A stretch of DNA of 64,000 bases from contig CASFOW010000045.1 in assembly GCA_949296705.1 (NCBI GenBank), forward strand, positions 4,234-68,233, in the 5' to 3' direction. The translations under genes were made by a program, and so were the position numbers. Below the pieces are notes generated by a model, which did not search any database, was not told the origin of the DNA, and saw only the letters and a program-made list of their open reading frames with translations. Each line of letters begins with the position of its first letter. The first letter of the stretch is position 1. The stretch comes from an uncultured bacterium. Its GTDB lineage: Bacteria; Bacillota_I; Bacilli_A; RF39; UBA660. Shown piece after piece: positions 18,801 to 29,978 of the stretch.

Positions 18801-19169
18801 ATGGCAAAAACTAATGCATCATATATTAGAGATGATTTAGAAGCCCAATTACGCTCGCAAGGAAAAAATGGTAAGTATTATGATGATTTAGTAAATGATT
18901 ATATTTATTATTTGGGATTAAGAACAAAATTGAAAGAAGATATTAGAATAAAGGGCTTGCGCTACAAGACAACTAATGCCGCTGGAAAAGAAGTCGAAAA
19001 GGCAAATGAAAGTATTGTGAATCTTACTAAAGTTACAACTTTGATGTTAAAGATTCTTAGTGAGCTAAAATTAACAGAACCTATTATTAATCCACCGTCT
19101 AAAAACAATTCATCTTCTAGTATAGATAATAAAAATAAAGTAGAAGATGATTCAGATGATTTGTTGTAA
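18801..19169 (+). CDS. terS: terminase small subunit (P27-family-like)
   Basis: Position immediately 5' of TerL. RBS GGAGAGGTGG then ATG 18801. N-terminus MAKTNASYIRDDLEAQLRSQG resembles the P27 family. Confidence 0.6.
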   Translation: MAKTNASYIRDDLEAQLRSQGKNGKYYDDLVNDYIYYLGLRTKLKEDIRIKGLRYKTTNAAGKEVEKANESIVNLTKVTTLMLKILSELKLTEPIINPPSKNNSSSSIDNKNKVEDDSDDLL

Positions 19170-20823
19170 AGAAATAGAAGAGTATTTAGATTTTTATGAG
19201 AAAAGCAAAAATGTTTTTAATAAAGAACGTATTCTTTTGATTGAAAATATTGTAAAGCCGATTTTAGAGCGAGAGGATGTTGTATTTGATAGTGATACTT
19301 TTTATAAATGCTTAAAGTATTGTGAAAAGTGGTACTATCCTTTATTTCCTTATCAAAAATTTATCTATGCCTTTGTATTTATGTACGACTTAGAAGATTT
19401 TCCTTTGTTTCGTACTTTTTTTATTGAAATGGGTAGGGGAAATGGAAAAGATGGATTTATTTGTCCTTTAGTTGATTTTTTAACTTCGCAGTATTATGGT
19501 GTCAAAAACTATAATATTGATATCGTAGCTAATTCAGAGAGTCAAGCCAATGATACTTACTTAGTTATACATGAAATGCGTGAGTCTAATAAAGCAATCA
19601 TGAAAAAATATTTTGATTGGAATAAAGAAGAAACTATTAATAAAATTACAAAGTCAAGAATTAGAGCTAATACCTCTAATCCAAAAACCAAGGATGGAAA
19701 AAAAGCCGGCGCAATAGTATTTAATGAATATCATGCATATCAAACAAATGACCAGATAACTGTTTTTCAAAGTGAATTAGGAAAAATTAAGCATCCAAGA
19801 ATTTTTATCATTACAACTAATGGTTATGTTAGAGAAGGTCCACTTGATGAAATAGAATCTGTTTGCGATGGCGTTTTGCACGGTGAGAGCAATGAATTAA
19901 GGTATTTTCCTTTTATATGTAAATTGGACAATCCTAAAGAAGTTGATGATCCGATGATGTGGCAAAAGGCTAATCCAAGTATAGAATTCATGCCTGTCCT
20001 TAAGCGAACGATTATGGATGATTATTTAGAAATGCAGAAATTCCCTTCAAAACGTCCTGAGTTTATGACAAAAAGAATGAACATTCCACAAAGAAACGAA
20101 GAGCATTATATTACTTCTTGGGAAAATTTACTTCGTGCTTCATATAAAGATGTAAAAAATAAGATTGAGCGTGATACTCCACAATTATTAAATAGAGTTT
20201 CTATATGTGGAATCGATTTTGCTGAATTCACTGATTTTGCTTCTGCTGGTTTTCTATTTTTGATAAATGGTGAGCTTATTTGGAGGCAAAGAACATGGGT
20301 ATGTACTACTAATCAATTTTTTAAAGATATTAAATTTCCATTTAAAAATATTGGACAGTACGGATATCAGGATTTTGTACTAGTAAATGATGGGCCAATT
20401 GATGGTGAAGAGATTGTAGATTGGGTGTGTGATGAAATGGTTAAATATAATGTAAAAAAGATAATTTTAGATATGTATCGTTTTAAGTTATTGAAGAAAT
20501 ACTTTGAAGAAAAAGGAATTACTATCGAAGACAGCAAAAATCCAAATGGAATTGTTAGAATGCTTAGATTTCCAGCAAGCATTGCAGCAATATATGCCCC
20601 TAAAATCGAAAAAGATTTTGTGAATGGAAAAATTAATTTTGGAAATAGTGCGATTATGAGATGGGCTGTTAATAATACCAGTACAAAATTGAAGAAAGAT
20701 GGAAATAAAGTGTACGAAAAGATAGAGCCAAAATTAAGAAAAAACGATCCATTCATGGCATTTGTCTGTGCAATTAGTGGAATTGATTTATTAGAGGAAA
20801 AAGTAGTTTATGCTTACTATTAA
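19147..20823 (+). CDS. terL: terminase large subunit
   Basis: 558 aa. P-loop-like FIEMGRGNGKDGF. Precedes the portal gene. Start overlaps the terS end. Confidence 0.75.
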   Translation: MIQMICCKEIEEYLDFYEKSKNVFNKERILLIENIVKPILEREDVVFDSDTFYKCLKYCEKWYYPLFPYQKFIYAFVFMYDLEDFPLFRTFFIEMGRGNGKDGFICPLVDFLTSQYYGVKNYNIDIVANSESQANDTYLVIHEMRESNKAIMKKYFDWNKEETINKITKSRIRANTSNPKTKDGKKAGAIVFNEYHAYQTNDQITVFQSELGKIKHPRIFIITTNGYVREGPLDEIESVCDGVLHGESNELRYFPFICKLDNPKEVDDPMMWQKANPSIEFMPVLKRTIMDDYLEMQKFPSKRPEFMTKRMNIPQRNEEHYITSWENLLRASYKDVKNKIERDTPQLLNRVSICGIDFAEFTDFASAGFLFLINGELIWRQRTWVCTTNQFFKDIKFPFKNIGQYGYQDFVLVNDGPIDGEEIVDWVCDEMVKYNVKKIILDMYRFKLLKKYFEEKGITIEDSKNPNGIVRMLRFPASIAAIYAPKIEKDFVNGKINFGNSAIMRWAVNNTSTKLKKDGNKVYEKIEPKLRKNDPFMAFVCAISGIDLLEEKVVYAYY

Positions 20824-20834
20824 GGAGTGATTTT

Positions 20835-22013
20835 ATGGGATTCTTTAAAAAGCTGTTATTTCAAAATGAAAAAGGTGAACTGATAGATATTTTGACTATG
20901 GCTCAAAGTCAAAAACTAGCTATTAAGAAAAATGCAATAGAGCATGCAATTGACTTAATTGCTCGTACTATTTCGAAATGTGATATTGAATACTATATGT
21001 GTAATGATTCATTAAAGAAAATTGAAAAGGTTAAAAATAAAACGTATTATAGGCTGAATATCAGGCCGAATGATAATGAAATAGCTACTACATTTATTTA
21101 CAACGCAATATCTAAACTATTAAAAGAAGAAGAAATATTGATTATTAACTTGAATAGAAAGTTATATTTAGCAGATAGTTTTAATTATGATTCAAAAATT
21201 ATAAAAGAAAAAAGATTTGAAAATGTTGTTCTATCAGATAACAAAGGAAATTCGTTTCGCTTAGATAGAACTTTCTTATCTAGCGAATGTATATATTTGA
21301 ATTTAGGTGTTTCTAAAATAAAGGAATGTTTAGATGATTACTATAAAGATATTGGAAAATTAATCTCTATACAAAATAAAAAATATATTAACTCTAACAT
21401 AAATAAATGGCGATTGGATGTACCGGGAACACAAGCAAAGTTAATAGATCCTAAAACTAATAAAGAAATGGATTATAAAGACTATAAACAAAAAATCACC
21501 GAGGGATTAATGGACGAAGAAGATGCGATTGTGATGTTGGGTAAAGAATTTAATTTATCTAAATTAACAAGCGAAGAAAAACATAATTCAGATGATCTAA
21601 TAAAATTACAAGATAAATGGGAAAAAGAAGTAGCTATGGCTTTCAATATTCCCTTAGATGTTTTTTATGGCAGTAAAACAGACAAGTCAACAGGTACTAA
21701 TGATTTTATTACATTCGCAATAACACCAATAACTTCAATATTTGAAGACGGATTTAACAGTAGACTGATTACTTATGATCGTATTTTAAAAGGAGATAAT
21801 ATTCGATTTAATAAATTAAATATCAAACATTTTGATATTTTTGATTGTGCCAATTCTATCGACAAATTATTGAGTTCTGGCTTTAGTCATGATGAGAATC
21901 GCTATTTTCTTGGTATTCCAGAAACTGGAGAAGAGTGGGCACAAAGACATCATATTACTAAAAATTATGAAAATGTTTCGGTAGGTAATGATGGAGGTGA
22001 TTCGATGACTTAA
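20835..22013 (+). CDS. portal protein
   Basis: 392 aa, directly after TerL and before the prohead protease. RBS AAGGAGTGA. Confidence 0.55.
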   Translation: MGFFKKLLFQNEKGELIDILTMAQSQKLAIKKNAIEHAIDLIARTISKCDIEYYMCNDSLKKIEKVKNKTYYRLNIRPNDNEIATTFIYNAISKLLKEEEILIINLNRKLYLADSFNYDSKIIKEKRFENVVLSDNKGNSFRLDRTFLSSECIYLNLGVSKIKECLDDYYKDIGKLISIQNKKYINSNINKWRLDVPGTQAKLIDPKTNKEMDYKDYKQKITEGLMDEEDAIVMLGKEFNLSKLTSEEKHNSDDLIKLQDKWEKEVAMAFNIPLDVFYGSKTDKSTGTNDFITFAITPITSIFEDGFNSRLITYDRILKGDNIRFNKLNIKHFDIFDCANSIDKLLSSGFSHDENRYFLGIPETGEEWAQRHHITKNYENVSVGNDGGDSMT

Positions 22014-22048
22014 GCATCAATTTTGATCACTAAGGAGGTGGAAAAAAT

Positions 22049-22780
22049 ATGAAAGAGGATAAGTATTTAAGATTTAGAAAAGTTGATAACAATGTTACAG
22101 AATTATTCATTTACGGTGACATTCGCAAAAAAGAATGGATTGATAATTGGTTAGGTGATGATCCAGGAAGAACGGGTGCACTTGATTTAGCTACAGCATT
22201 ATCACAAGTTGATACCCCTAAATTAATTGTAAGAATTAATTCTTATGGCGGTAGTGTTTCAGAAGGATTAGCAATATACAGTCTATTAAGTGATTTTAAA
22301 GGAGAATTAATCACTAAAGTAGATGGATTTGCTTGTTCAGCTGCTAGTGTTATTTTCATGGCTGGAGAAAAGAGAATTGTGCCAGAAAGTGGTTTGATTA
22401 TGATTCATAATGCTTGGAGTTCAGCCAAGGGGGATTATAATGCTTTAAGCAAGGCGGCAGAAGATCTCAAAAAAATCACTCAACCGAGTGTAGATATTTA
22501 TGTGGCTAAAACTAACTTAACTGAGGAAGTTATTCGAGAGATGATGAATCGCGAAGAATGGATAAATTCCAAAGAAGCATATGAATATGGATTTTCAACT
22601 ACATTAGAGAGAAATGATGCGCAACAGTCTATAGAAAGCGATTATTTGGCTAAGCTAGTTCATAGCCATAAAGAGCTTCAAAATAAATTGTCCGCATTGG
22701 AATTAGAAAATAAGCAATTAAAATCTGAATTAGAAAAAGAACAAGAGAAGAGTCCATGGGATTCTTTTTTTAATAAGTAA
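22049..22780 (+). CDS. ClpP-family prohead protease or scaffold
   Basis: SYGGSVSEGLAIYSLL...GFACSAASVIFMAGEKRIV...MIHNAWS match ClpP serine-protease motifs. Coiled-coil C-terminus. Confidence 0.75.
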   Translation: MKEDKYLRFRKVDNNVTELFIYGDIRKKEWIDNWLGDDPGRTGALDLATALSQVDTPKLIVRINSYGGSVSEGLAIYSLLSDFKGELITKVDGFACSAASVIFMAGEKRIVPESGLIMIHNAWSSAKGDYNALSKAAEDLKKITQPSVDIYVAKTNLTEEVIREMMNREEWINSKEAYEYGFSTTLERNDAQQSIESDYLAKLVHSHKELQNKLSALELENKQLKSELEKEQEKSPWDSFFNK

Positions 22781-22798
22781 AAAGAAAGAAGGTTAATT

Positions 22799-23968
22799 AT
22801 GAATTTAGAAGATAATAAAGAAAAAATTAGTCAAGTAGCAAAAGAGATAATTGAAAAAGCAGAAGATAAAAGTTCTGCTATTGTTGAAGCAATTGAGTAT
22901 ATTCAGTCAGAAAGATATAAAGATTTAATTGAAGAATTAAAAACAGAAGATGAAGAGGCAAAAAGCGATAAACAGTTTAGAGAAAAATTAGGATTACGTA
23001 TTTTAAATAAAGAAGAGAAAAAATTCTATGAAACATTAATTACCGATCCAAGAGCAGCAATTACCGCTAAGCAAATAGATATTATTCCAACAACAATCGT
23101 CGATAGAACATTAGAAGATTTACGTGGTAAACCAGGTATTATGGAATTAATCGATTTTGCTCCTGCAAATGTTTCAAAATGGTTTACTGCTGAAAAAACA
23201 GGAACTTTTGCTTGGGGAAATTTAACTGCTGCAATTTCTGGCGAATTAAGTGTTGAATTTGAAAGCTTAAATATTGAGTTGGCTAAATTAATGGCTTATT
23301 TAGTAATCCCTAAAGCGATTAGAGACCTTGCTTTACCATTTGTTGATAGATATTTTACTGCTGTTTTAGGAGAAACATTATACGATGGTGTTGCTAATGG
23401 TTATTTAGTAGGAAATGGAAAAGATGCCCCAATTGGAATCTATAAAAAAGTTGAAACTGTAGAATCAGATTCTACCCATGCTGATAAAACCTTAAATAAT
23501 CTAACTAATTTTAGACCTAAATCATTGGCTCCAGCAAAAGTTACTTTATCTAAAGATGGAAAAAGAAGTTTAGATAAAATTTATTTAATTTGTAATCCAG
23601 CTGATCGCTATAATTATGTAGATCCAGCAATGTTAGATTACGAAGGAAGGAATATTTCTTCAGATAAAAATATTATCGTTATAGAAGAACCACAAAATCC
23701 TAAAGGAAAAGGTGTCCTTACAATTAAGGGAAAATATTCGATGGGATTCAGTGGCTTTAAAATTGATGAATACGATCAAACAAAAGCTTTAGATGATGCT
23801 GATGTAATTATCGGAAAAGCTTATGCATACGGAAGACCAGTTGATGATTCATGTGCATGGCCATTTGATATTACCAAATTAGAAGAATATATTCCAGTTG
23901 TAAAGACAGTTACAGAGGTTTCTTCATTACCTGAAAGTCAAACTGACGATGGTGGAGAGGGAGTTTAA
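22799..23968 (+). CDS. major capsid protein (HK97-like)
   Basis: 389 aa. Position after the protease. N-terminal coiled-coil delta-like region. Confidence 0.55.
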   Translation: MNLEDNKEKISQVAKEIIEKAEDKSSAIVEAIEYIQSERYKDLIEELKTEDEEAKSDKQFREKLGLRILNKEEKKFYETLITDPRAAITAKQIDIIPTTIVDRTLEDLRGKPGIMELIDFAPANVSKWFTAEKTGTFAWGNLTAAISGELSVEFESLNIELAKLMAYLVIPKAIRDLALPFVDRYFTAVLGETLYDGVANGYLVGNGKDAPIGIYKKVETVESDSTHADKTLNNLTNFRPKSLAPAKVTLSKDGKRSLDKIYLICNPADRYNYVDPAMLDYEGRNISSDKNIIVIEEPQNPKGKGVLTIKGKYSMGFSGFKIDEYDQTKALDDADVIIGKAYAYGRPVDDSCAWPFDITKLEEYIPVVKTVTEVSSLPESQTDDGGEGV

Positions 23969-24011
23969 TCCCTCTTTTAACCATTAAAATAATAAGAGAG
24001 GATGGATAAAT

Positions 24012-24407
24012 ATGTATGAAGTAATTAGTGATGATAAATGGTATGATTTACAGGATGAAACAAAACATACTTACAATAAGGGAGATAAATTTCCTTTTGA
24101 TGATCGCGAAATTAAAGAATCCAGATTATATGAATTAGCTACTGATTTAAATAAAAAAAATAAACCATTAATAAAATACACTTCACCATTAAAAAAATCA
24201 AAAAAAGAAGAAATATTGGCTCTTATTGAAGAACATGGTATCTCCTATTCAGAAGATATGAAAAAAGAAGAGTTAATAAGTCTTTACGAAGAACAATGTG
24301 CTAGAAAAAGAATCCTAGCTGAGGCTACTGATGCAGAGATTGATTTTACTGATGAAATGTCAAATAGAGAAATTGTAGAAAAAATTTTAGAAGGGCAAAA
24401 GAAATAG
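24012..24407 (+). CDS. head-associated protein (hypothetical)
   Basis: ORF with RBS. Confidence 0.4.
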   Translation: MYEVISDDKWYDLQDETKHTYNKGDKFPFDDREIKESRLYELATDLNKKNKPLIKYTSPLKKSKKEEILALIEEHGISYSEDMKKEELISLYEEQCARKRILAEATDAEIDFTDEMSNREIVEKILEGQKK

Positions 24408-24716
24408 ATGGATCCAGAAAAAGAAACGAGTGAATTTGCAAAAAAATTATTAGAAGAATTAAAAACAGATAAGATAATTCCAAGTTTACGCAAGGAAGAA
24501 GGCTTTATTAACTATATTTATGAAGGTATCCAAGATATTAACGAAAATAACGGTGTGGAAACTGATTTTGAAACGGATTTATTATCTAGAAGACTATTGA
24601 AATTATATGTCTTATATGCAGACAATAAACGATTAGCCGAATTTAAATCTCTATATAATGCGGATTATGCAGAGCGCCAACGACACTATTTTCAAAACAA
24701 AGATACCAGTTTATAA
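24408..24716 (+). CDS. head-tail connector or adaptor (hypothetical)
   Basis: Position in the head-tail joining block. Confidence 0.35.
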   Translation: MDPEKETSEFAKKLLEELKTDKIIPSLRKEEGFINYIYEGIQDINENNGVETDFETDLLSRRLLKLYVLYADNKRLAEFKSLYNADYAERQRHYFQNKDTSL

Positions 24717-25023
24717 TGACGGAACGTTTCGCCTTTTTAAAATTAAACAAGGTGATGAAAAGTATCCGACTGAGGAATTGGTAGATACTGGGAAAGATGT
24801 TGACTTTGAAGAGTTGTCATTAACAGATAAGCTACGATTTGAAGCGGAACAAAGAGAAATAAAAATCACTGGAAAAATTAGGATAGCACAATCAAAAGAA
24901 ATAAACTCTCTTTCTGTCATAAAAATCGCTGATGAATTTTATTCTGTATATAATGTTTATCATTTTATCAATGAAGATGGTTATAAACAGAGTGATATTA
25001 CTCTTCAAAAATATAAAAAATAA
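24658..25023 (+). CDS. head-tail joining protein (hypothetical); start uncertain
   Basis: Overlaps the previous ORF by ~59 nt. Position. Confidence 0.35.
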   Translation: MRIMQSANDTIFKTKIPVYNDGTFRLFKIKQGDEKYPTEELVDTGKDVDFEELSLTDKLRFEAEQREIKITGKIRIAQSKEINSLSVIKIADEFYSVYNVYHFINEDGYKQSDITLQKYKK

Positions 25024-25367
25024 TGCAATTAACTAAGGAAGATTTTATAGAGATTTTAGATTCATTAGGCATTCCTGTTTCGGAAGGAATAAATAAAGAT
25101 GAATATGTAAATGTTTATCCAAGAATTGTCTTTTGGGATTATTATTGGGAATTTATTTCGGCAAGTAATAATATTTATGAGACAGTAGTAACTTATCAAG
25201 TTTCTTTCTTTTCAAAAGAACCACGAAACCCTAAGTTACTTTCATTAATTAAAGAATTATTAAAAAGAGGAATTTTCGCATCAATTAGTCATGAGTATAT
25301 TGAAGAAGATAAATATTTTCATTCGTTTTTTAAAGTGGATATTTTAGAAAATGGCATTTTATTCTAG
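25023..25367 (+). CDS. head-tail joining or tail completion protein (hypothetical)
   Basis: Position. Confidence 0.35.
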   Translation: MQLTKEDFIEILDSLGIPVSEGINKDEYVNVYPRIVFWDYYWEFISASNNIYETVVTYQVSFFSKEPRNPKLLSLIKELLKRGIFASISHEYIEEDKYFHSFFKVDILENGILF

Positions 25368-25716
25368 TGAATTTAATGGATTAACTGAACTTTCTAAAGA
25401 TCTTGAAAAGTACATTAGCTCTTCAGAAAATCCTCAACAAATATTAGAGATTGGAGCTAAAGAATTCGTAAAGGATTTGCTCAAGTTACCTAAGCCAATA
25501 TCTGAAATTAAGAAAAGTGGTTATACCCATTTAATAGAGACGTTTTGCTACGAATTGAAAAATAATGGTGATATTGATGTTGGTTGGGGAAAATATTACG
25601 GAAGATTTGTAGAAGATGGTACCACTAAAATGAAGGCACAACCTCATTTGGTACCAACTTTTGAAAAAAATAAAGATAAATATTATCGAAAAATGTTAGA
25701 AAAATATTATAAGTAA
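25351..25716 (+). CDS. tail completion protein (hypothetical)
   Basis: Position. Confidence 0.35.
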   Translation: MAFYSSEFNGLTELSKDLEKYISSSENPQQILEIGAKEFVKDLLKLPKPISEIKKSGYTHLIETFCYELKNNGDIDVGWGKYYGRFVEDGTTKMKAQPHLVPTFEKNKDKYYRKMLEKYYK

Positions 25717-25727
25717 GGAGGAAATAT

Positions 25728-26372
25728 ATGACTACAAAAAGACCAATGATTAAAGAAAGTGTAGGGGCACAATATTATGCTTTTAACACACCTGGAGAAA
25801 ATGGAGAATTTGATCCAGAATCATATGAAACGACGATTAAAACAGAAACAGTCAAAACAATTAGTACTACTGAAAATGCAGAAAGTACAACTGTAAAAGC
25901 GAGTGGAAAGGATTATGAAACAGTAAATCAAGCTTCAAACGTTGAATTAGCGGTAGAAGTTGTAGCTTTTGATCCAGACGATTTAGCAAAAATGCGAGGC
26001 GATAATATTGATACTAGTGGTTTGATTTCGAGTGGACGAAATGCAAAGAGACCATTTTTTGCTTACGGAAAAGTAGTAAAAAAAGTTGGTGGTGGATTTA
26101 GATATGATTGGTATCCTAAATGCCAATTAGTCGAAAATACTGATGATATCACAACCAAAGAGGATACATTTAGTGAGCAAAATGATACTGTAACAATTCG
26201 ATGCTATGCGTTTAACGATATTGGAGATATTAAAAATTATGTGGATAGTGAATCTGCTAATTTTCCAGAAGGACTTACAGAAGAAGCATTCTTTACAGCG
26301 CCAATCATTACAGTCGCAGATTTAACTGCTTTAACTACATCATTACAAAATACTGAAGGACAAGGAGTATAG
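25728..26372 (+). CDS. major tail protein
   Basis: 214 aa. Strong RBS AAGGAGG. Precedes the chaperone and tape measure. Followed by a hairpin (gggcacgaaagtgccc, 26376-26391). Confidence 0.55.
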   Translation: MTTKRPMIKESVGAQYYAFNTPGENGEFDPESYETTIKTETVKTISTTENAESTTVKASGKDYETVNQASNVELAVEVVAFDPDDLAKMRGDNIDTSGLISSGRNAKRPFFAYGKVVKKVGGGFRYDWYPKCQLVENTDDITTKEDTFSEQNDTVTIRCYAFNDIGDIKNYVDSESANFPEGLTEEAFFTAPIITVADLTALTTSLQNTEGQGV

Positions 26373-26413
26373 TAAGGGCACGAAAGTGCCCTGTTTTTTT
26401 ATAGGAGGCAAAA

Positions 26414-26728
26414 ATGGAAATTTGTTTAAAAAATGGAGAAAATATAAAAATAGAAATTAGCCCATTATATTTAGAATATTTAGACGATTATGATGGTGGA
26501 ATTAATAAATTGATCTCAGATTGGAAACAGCAGAAAAATCAGCTTTATATTATTAACTTTTTCGTATATGCTATGATAGCTTCGTGCTTGTCACATCCGA
26601 TTAATTACCGTGATGCTTTAAAAATGATTAAAATGGAAGATTTTGATCGTGTGGTTATTTATCTTTCAGAGAACTTTGAAAAAGTCGAAAAATTTACCAC
26701 TTTAGAACCAAAAATTAAACATTTTTAG
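26414..26728 (+). CDS. tail assembly chaperone (putative)
   Basis: Small ORF between the major tail and tape measure genes. Confidence 0.4.
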   Translation: MEICLKNGENIKIEISPLYLEYLDDYDGGINKLISDWKQQKNQLYIINFFVYAMIASCLSHPINYRDALKMIKMEDFDRVVIYLSENFEKVEKFTTLEPKIKHF

Positions 26729-26735
26729 GTGTTAA

Positions 26736-29700
26736 ATGAATAATGATCTAAAAAAAGTTGGTTTAGTTTTTAAAGCAGATGGAACAACAGATTTCATTAA
26801 GTCATTACAGAATATTAATGGCTCATTAAAAGAAAATTATTCACAATTTAAATTAGTGCAAGCTCAATGGGATTCATCCACTAAAACATCTGATAAGTTA
26901 AAGAGTAAATTAGATTATTTAAATTCTGCCTATGATTTGCAAAAAGATAAGGTTAATTTATTAAAAAGCGAGTTGTCTGAGTTAGAAAAAGCAGAGGAAA
27001 AAGATACGCAAGCGATTCAAAAAAAGAAAAATCAGTTAATACAGGCCGAAACTAAACTTGCCAAGTATAAGAATCAAATTAAAACTACAACTTTAGAATT
27101 AAAAACGTCAACTAATCATTTAGTTATCTTTGGTAATGCTTTTGATGAAGCTTCCAAAAAAATAGAATCTGCTAGCAAAAAGGTAAAAACATTTTCTCTT
27201 ATGGCAGGAGGAGGATTAGTCGCCTCTATTAAAAGTGCAATTGATTTTGAAAGCGCTTTTGCGGGAGTTTCTAAAACGGTAGATGCAACGGATCAGGAAT
27301 TAGAAGAACTTAGACAAGGAATATTAGATATGTCTACAGAATTGCCAGCTTCTACTACTGAAATTAGTGCGGTAGCCGAAGCGGCAGGACAACTTGGTAT
27401 TCAAACTGACAGTATATTATCTTTTACAAAAACAATGGTCGATTTAGGCGAAGCAACTAATATGTCAGCGGACGAAGCGGCAGATGCTTTGGCTAGGTTT
27501 GCGAATATAACAGGTATGTCTCAAGATAATTTTGATAAATTAGGATCTACTTTGGTAGAACTAGGAAATAAATCCGCTTCAACTGAATCAGAAATTGTTG
27601 AGATGGCTTTACGAATTGCCGGTGCGGGAACAACGATTGGAATGAGTGAAGCAGATATCATGTCATTCGCGGCTGCTATTTCTTCAGTAGGAATAGAAGC
27701 TGAAATGGGTGGTTCTGCTTTTTCTAAAATGATGATTGAAATAGAGTCGGCAGTTTCTCAAAATTCGGAATCTTTAAAAGACTATGCTTCTGTTGCAGGA
27801 ATGACTGCGCAAGAGTTTAAAGAAGCATGGGAAAAAGATGCAACTGGAGCAATGGTCAAATTTGTCGAAGGACTTGGAAATGTTGAAAAAAATGGTGGGA
27901 ATTTAATTAATACTTTATCAGATTTAGGAATAGAAGAAGTAAGACTTAGAGATACAATGCTACGTACAGCTAATGCTAGTGAATTGTTTGCTGGCACAGT
28001 AAAAACTGGAAATTCTGCATGGGAAGAAAATAATGCTTTAACTAAAGAAACAGATAAGCGATATGCTACATTAAAGAGTAAAATTGAAATTGTTATTAAT
28101 AAATTAAAAGAGCAAGCTATTACTGTTGGAACTAAACTAATGCCATCAGTAGAAAAAATAGTTTCTAAAATAGGAGATTGGATAGATAAATTTTCTGAAC
28201 TTAGTGATGAACAAGTAGACTTTATTGTTAAAGCAGGTTTGTTTGTTACAGCATTAAGTCCAGTTTTATCAGTTACAAGTAAGATTACTAATACAATTAG
28301 TGGAACCATAAAGGCTGTAAATACTTTTTCTCAAGCATTGCAAGTCACTCAAGGAACAATAACTTCAACGAATGCAACGGTGAATAGTTTGGCTCATGTA
28401 TTTTCGGCAATTTCGAGTCCTATTGGTATAGCTTGTGCTGCAATAGCAGGCTCAATCGGACTTATAGCGCTCGCAACAAAGGATACAACTACAGAAGCAG
28501 AAAAAGATTTCAAAACAATGGGGGAAGCGGCAGTAGAGTTTTTAGAAGGTATTGAATCAGCAGAATCTCATTTAAGTGATTTTAACAGTACGCTATTCGC
28601 AAGCGTAGAAGAGCAACAGAAATTAACTGAAAACATGTCTGAAATTCAAAATGGAATTACAACTATTGCTAAAACTGCATCAGATGAAAGACGAGGATAT
28701 ACTCAGAGTGAAATTGAACAATTGGATTCATATTTTGAAAAGTTACGTGAGCTAAAGGATAAAGAATTGGCCATTCAGCAACAAATAGCTAGTGCAATTA
28801 CATTACAAGCGCAAACCGCATCGGACTCATTCTCGGGTTCATTAGAGGAATATAAAGTATTATCTCAAGAATGGATAAAAACTGCTCAAGAGCAAGCAGA
28901 TACAGAAATCGCTTTAATTGAACAAAGAACGATTGAAGAAATTGCTCTATTAAATGTGCGTTATGGGGAACAAGCAACTCTTCAAAATGAGGCATATGCT
29001 AAGGAGTATGAAGCTATTATTCAGAAAAAAGAACAAGCAATTGCTCAAGCTAATGAAGAGGTCGGAAAAGTAAATGAAATTTATGCAAATGGATACACTG
29101 CTCAAGCTAGTCAGAGTGCAGAGTTCTTTACTAAAATAGCCGAAGCTAATGCCAAATTAGAAACAGAAAATGCTGATCATGCTAATCGATTAAAAGAAAT
29201 CCAAAAGGATTTAAAAGAAAATACTAGATCGAACAATGAAGAAATGTTAACCTCAGAACGAAAAAAGGCAGAAGAATTTAATAACATTGATACGGAAATT
29301 GCTAAAGAAAAACAAGCTCATAAAACCAATGTTAAAGCTATCTGGGAAGAAATGTATAAAGATATGTCAGAATCTGAAGCAAGACAATTGGGTTCATGGT
29401 TAGCTATGGTAGCACAGACAGAAATGTATGGTGGTGAGCTAAGTGAAGAAACAAAGAATATAGTGGATTCTATTTTAGATAGTTATGATTCTATGCCAAG
29501 TGAGACTCGAGAATCTATGAAACAAGCTATGGAACCTATGTTAGAAGAAATGCAAAAAGCGGAGCCATCATTGTTTGAAAAGGCAAGTGGAATTGCTAAC
29601 GGTATTCTTAATCGTTTGCGAAAGGCATTTGATGAGCATTCACCGTCAAAAAAGACTAGAGAAATTTTTAAAAACCTTATGAAAGGTTCAGAGCTGGGTT

Positions 29701-29978
29701 TAAAAGATGAAGAAAAAAATTTATATAAGCAGACGGATAGAATAGCTTCTAATGTTTTAGAAAAAATAGACAATATGAATGGTAACTTGAATTCTTCTAG
29801 TATTAATTCAAATGAATTTTCCAGTAACGCACAATCTGGAATTTCTAATTGCTATTTGACAATCGATTACAATCTTTTAACTAAAGCGATAATTAAAGCA
29901 TTAAAATCATGCAAGTTGTCTATAGATTCAGATGGCTTTGCGCGATTTATTGAAAACGTAGTTTATGAGGTGATGTGA
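26736..29978 (+). CDS. tail tape measure protein
   Basis: 1080 aa, coiled-coil rich. Conserved TP901-type core ...STELPASTTEISAVAEAAGQLGIQTD... Confidence 0.8.
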   Translation: MNNDLKKVGLVFKADGTTDFIKSLQNINGSLKENYSQFKLVQAQWDSSTKTSDKLKSKLDYLNSAYDLQKDKVNLLKSELSELEKAEEKDTQAIQKKKNQLIQAETKLAKYKNQIKTTTLELKTSTNHLVIFGNAFDEASKKIESASKKVKTFSLMAGGGLVASIKSAIDFESAFAGVSKTVDATDQELEELRQGILDMSTELPASTTEISAVAEAAGQLGIQTDSILSFTKTMVDLGEATNMSADEAADALARFANITGMSQDNFDKLGSTLVELGNKSASTESEIVEMALRIAGAGTTIGMSEADIMSFAAAISSVGIEAEMGGSAFSKMMIEIESAVSQNSESLKDYASVAGMTAQEFKEAWEKDATGAMVKFVEGLGNVEKNGGNLINTLSDLGIEEVRLRDTMLRTANASELFAGTVKTGNSAWEENNALTKETDKRYATLKSKIEIVINKLKEQAITVGTKLMPSVEKIVSKIGDWIDKFSELSDEQVDFIVKAGLFVTALSPVLSVTSKITNTISGTIKAVNTFSQALQVTQGTITSTNATVNSLAHVFSAISSPIGIACAAIAGSIGLIALATKDTTTEAEKDFKTMGEAAVEFLEGIESAESHLSDFNSTLFASVEEQQKLTENMSEIQNGITTIAKTASDERRGYTQSEIEQLDSYFEKLRELKDKELAIQQQIASAITLQAQTASDSFSGSLEEYKVLSQEWIKTAQEQADTEIALIEQRTIEEIALLNVRYGEQATLQNEAYAKEYEAIIQKKEQAIAQANEEVGKVNEIYANGYTAQASQSAEFFTKIAEANAKLETENADHANRLKEIQKDLKENTRSNNEEMLTSERKKAEEFNNIDTEIAKEKQAHKTNVKAIWEEMYKDMSESEARQLGSWLAMVAQTEMYGGELSEETKNIVDSILDSYDSMPSETRESMKQAMEPMLEEMQKAEPSLFEKASGIANGILNRLRKAFDEHSPSKKTREIFKNLMKGSELGLKDEEKNLYKQTDRIASNVLEKIDNMNGNLNSSSINSNEFSSNAQSGISNCYLTIDYNLLTKAIIKALKSCKLSIDSDGFARFIENVVYEVM

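Noticed and set aside
26414-26736. Programmed -1 frameshift (G/GT-type) in the tail assembly chaperone
   Set aside because: No slippery heptamer or extended overlapping frame is evident before the tape-measure start. It cannot be supported from sequence alone.
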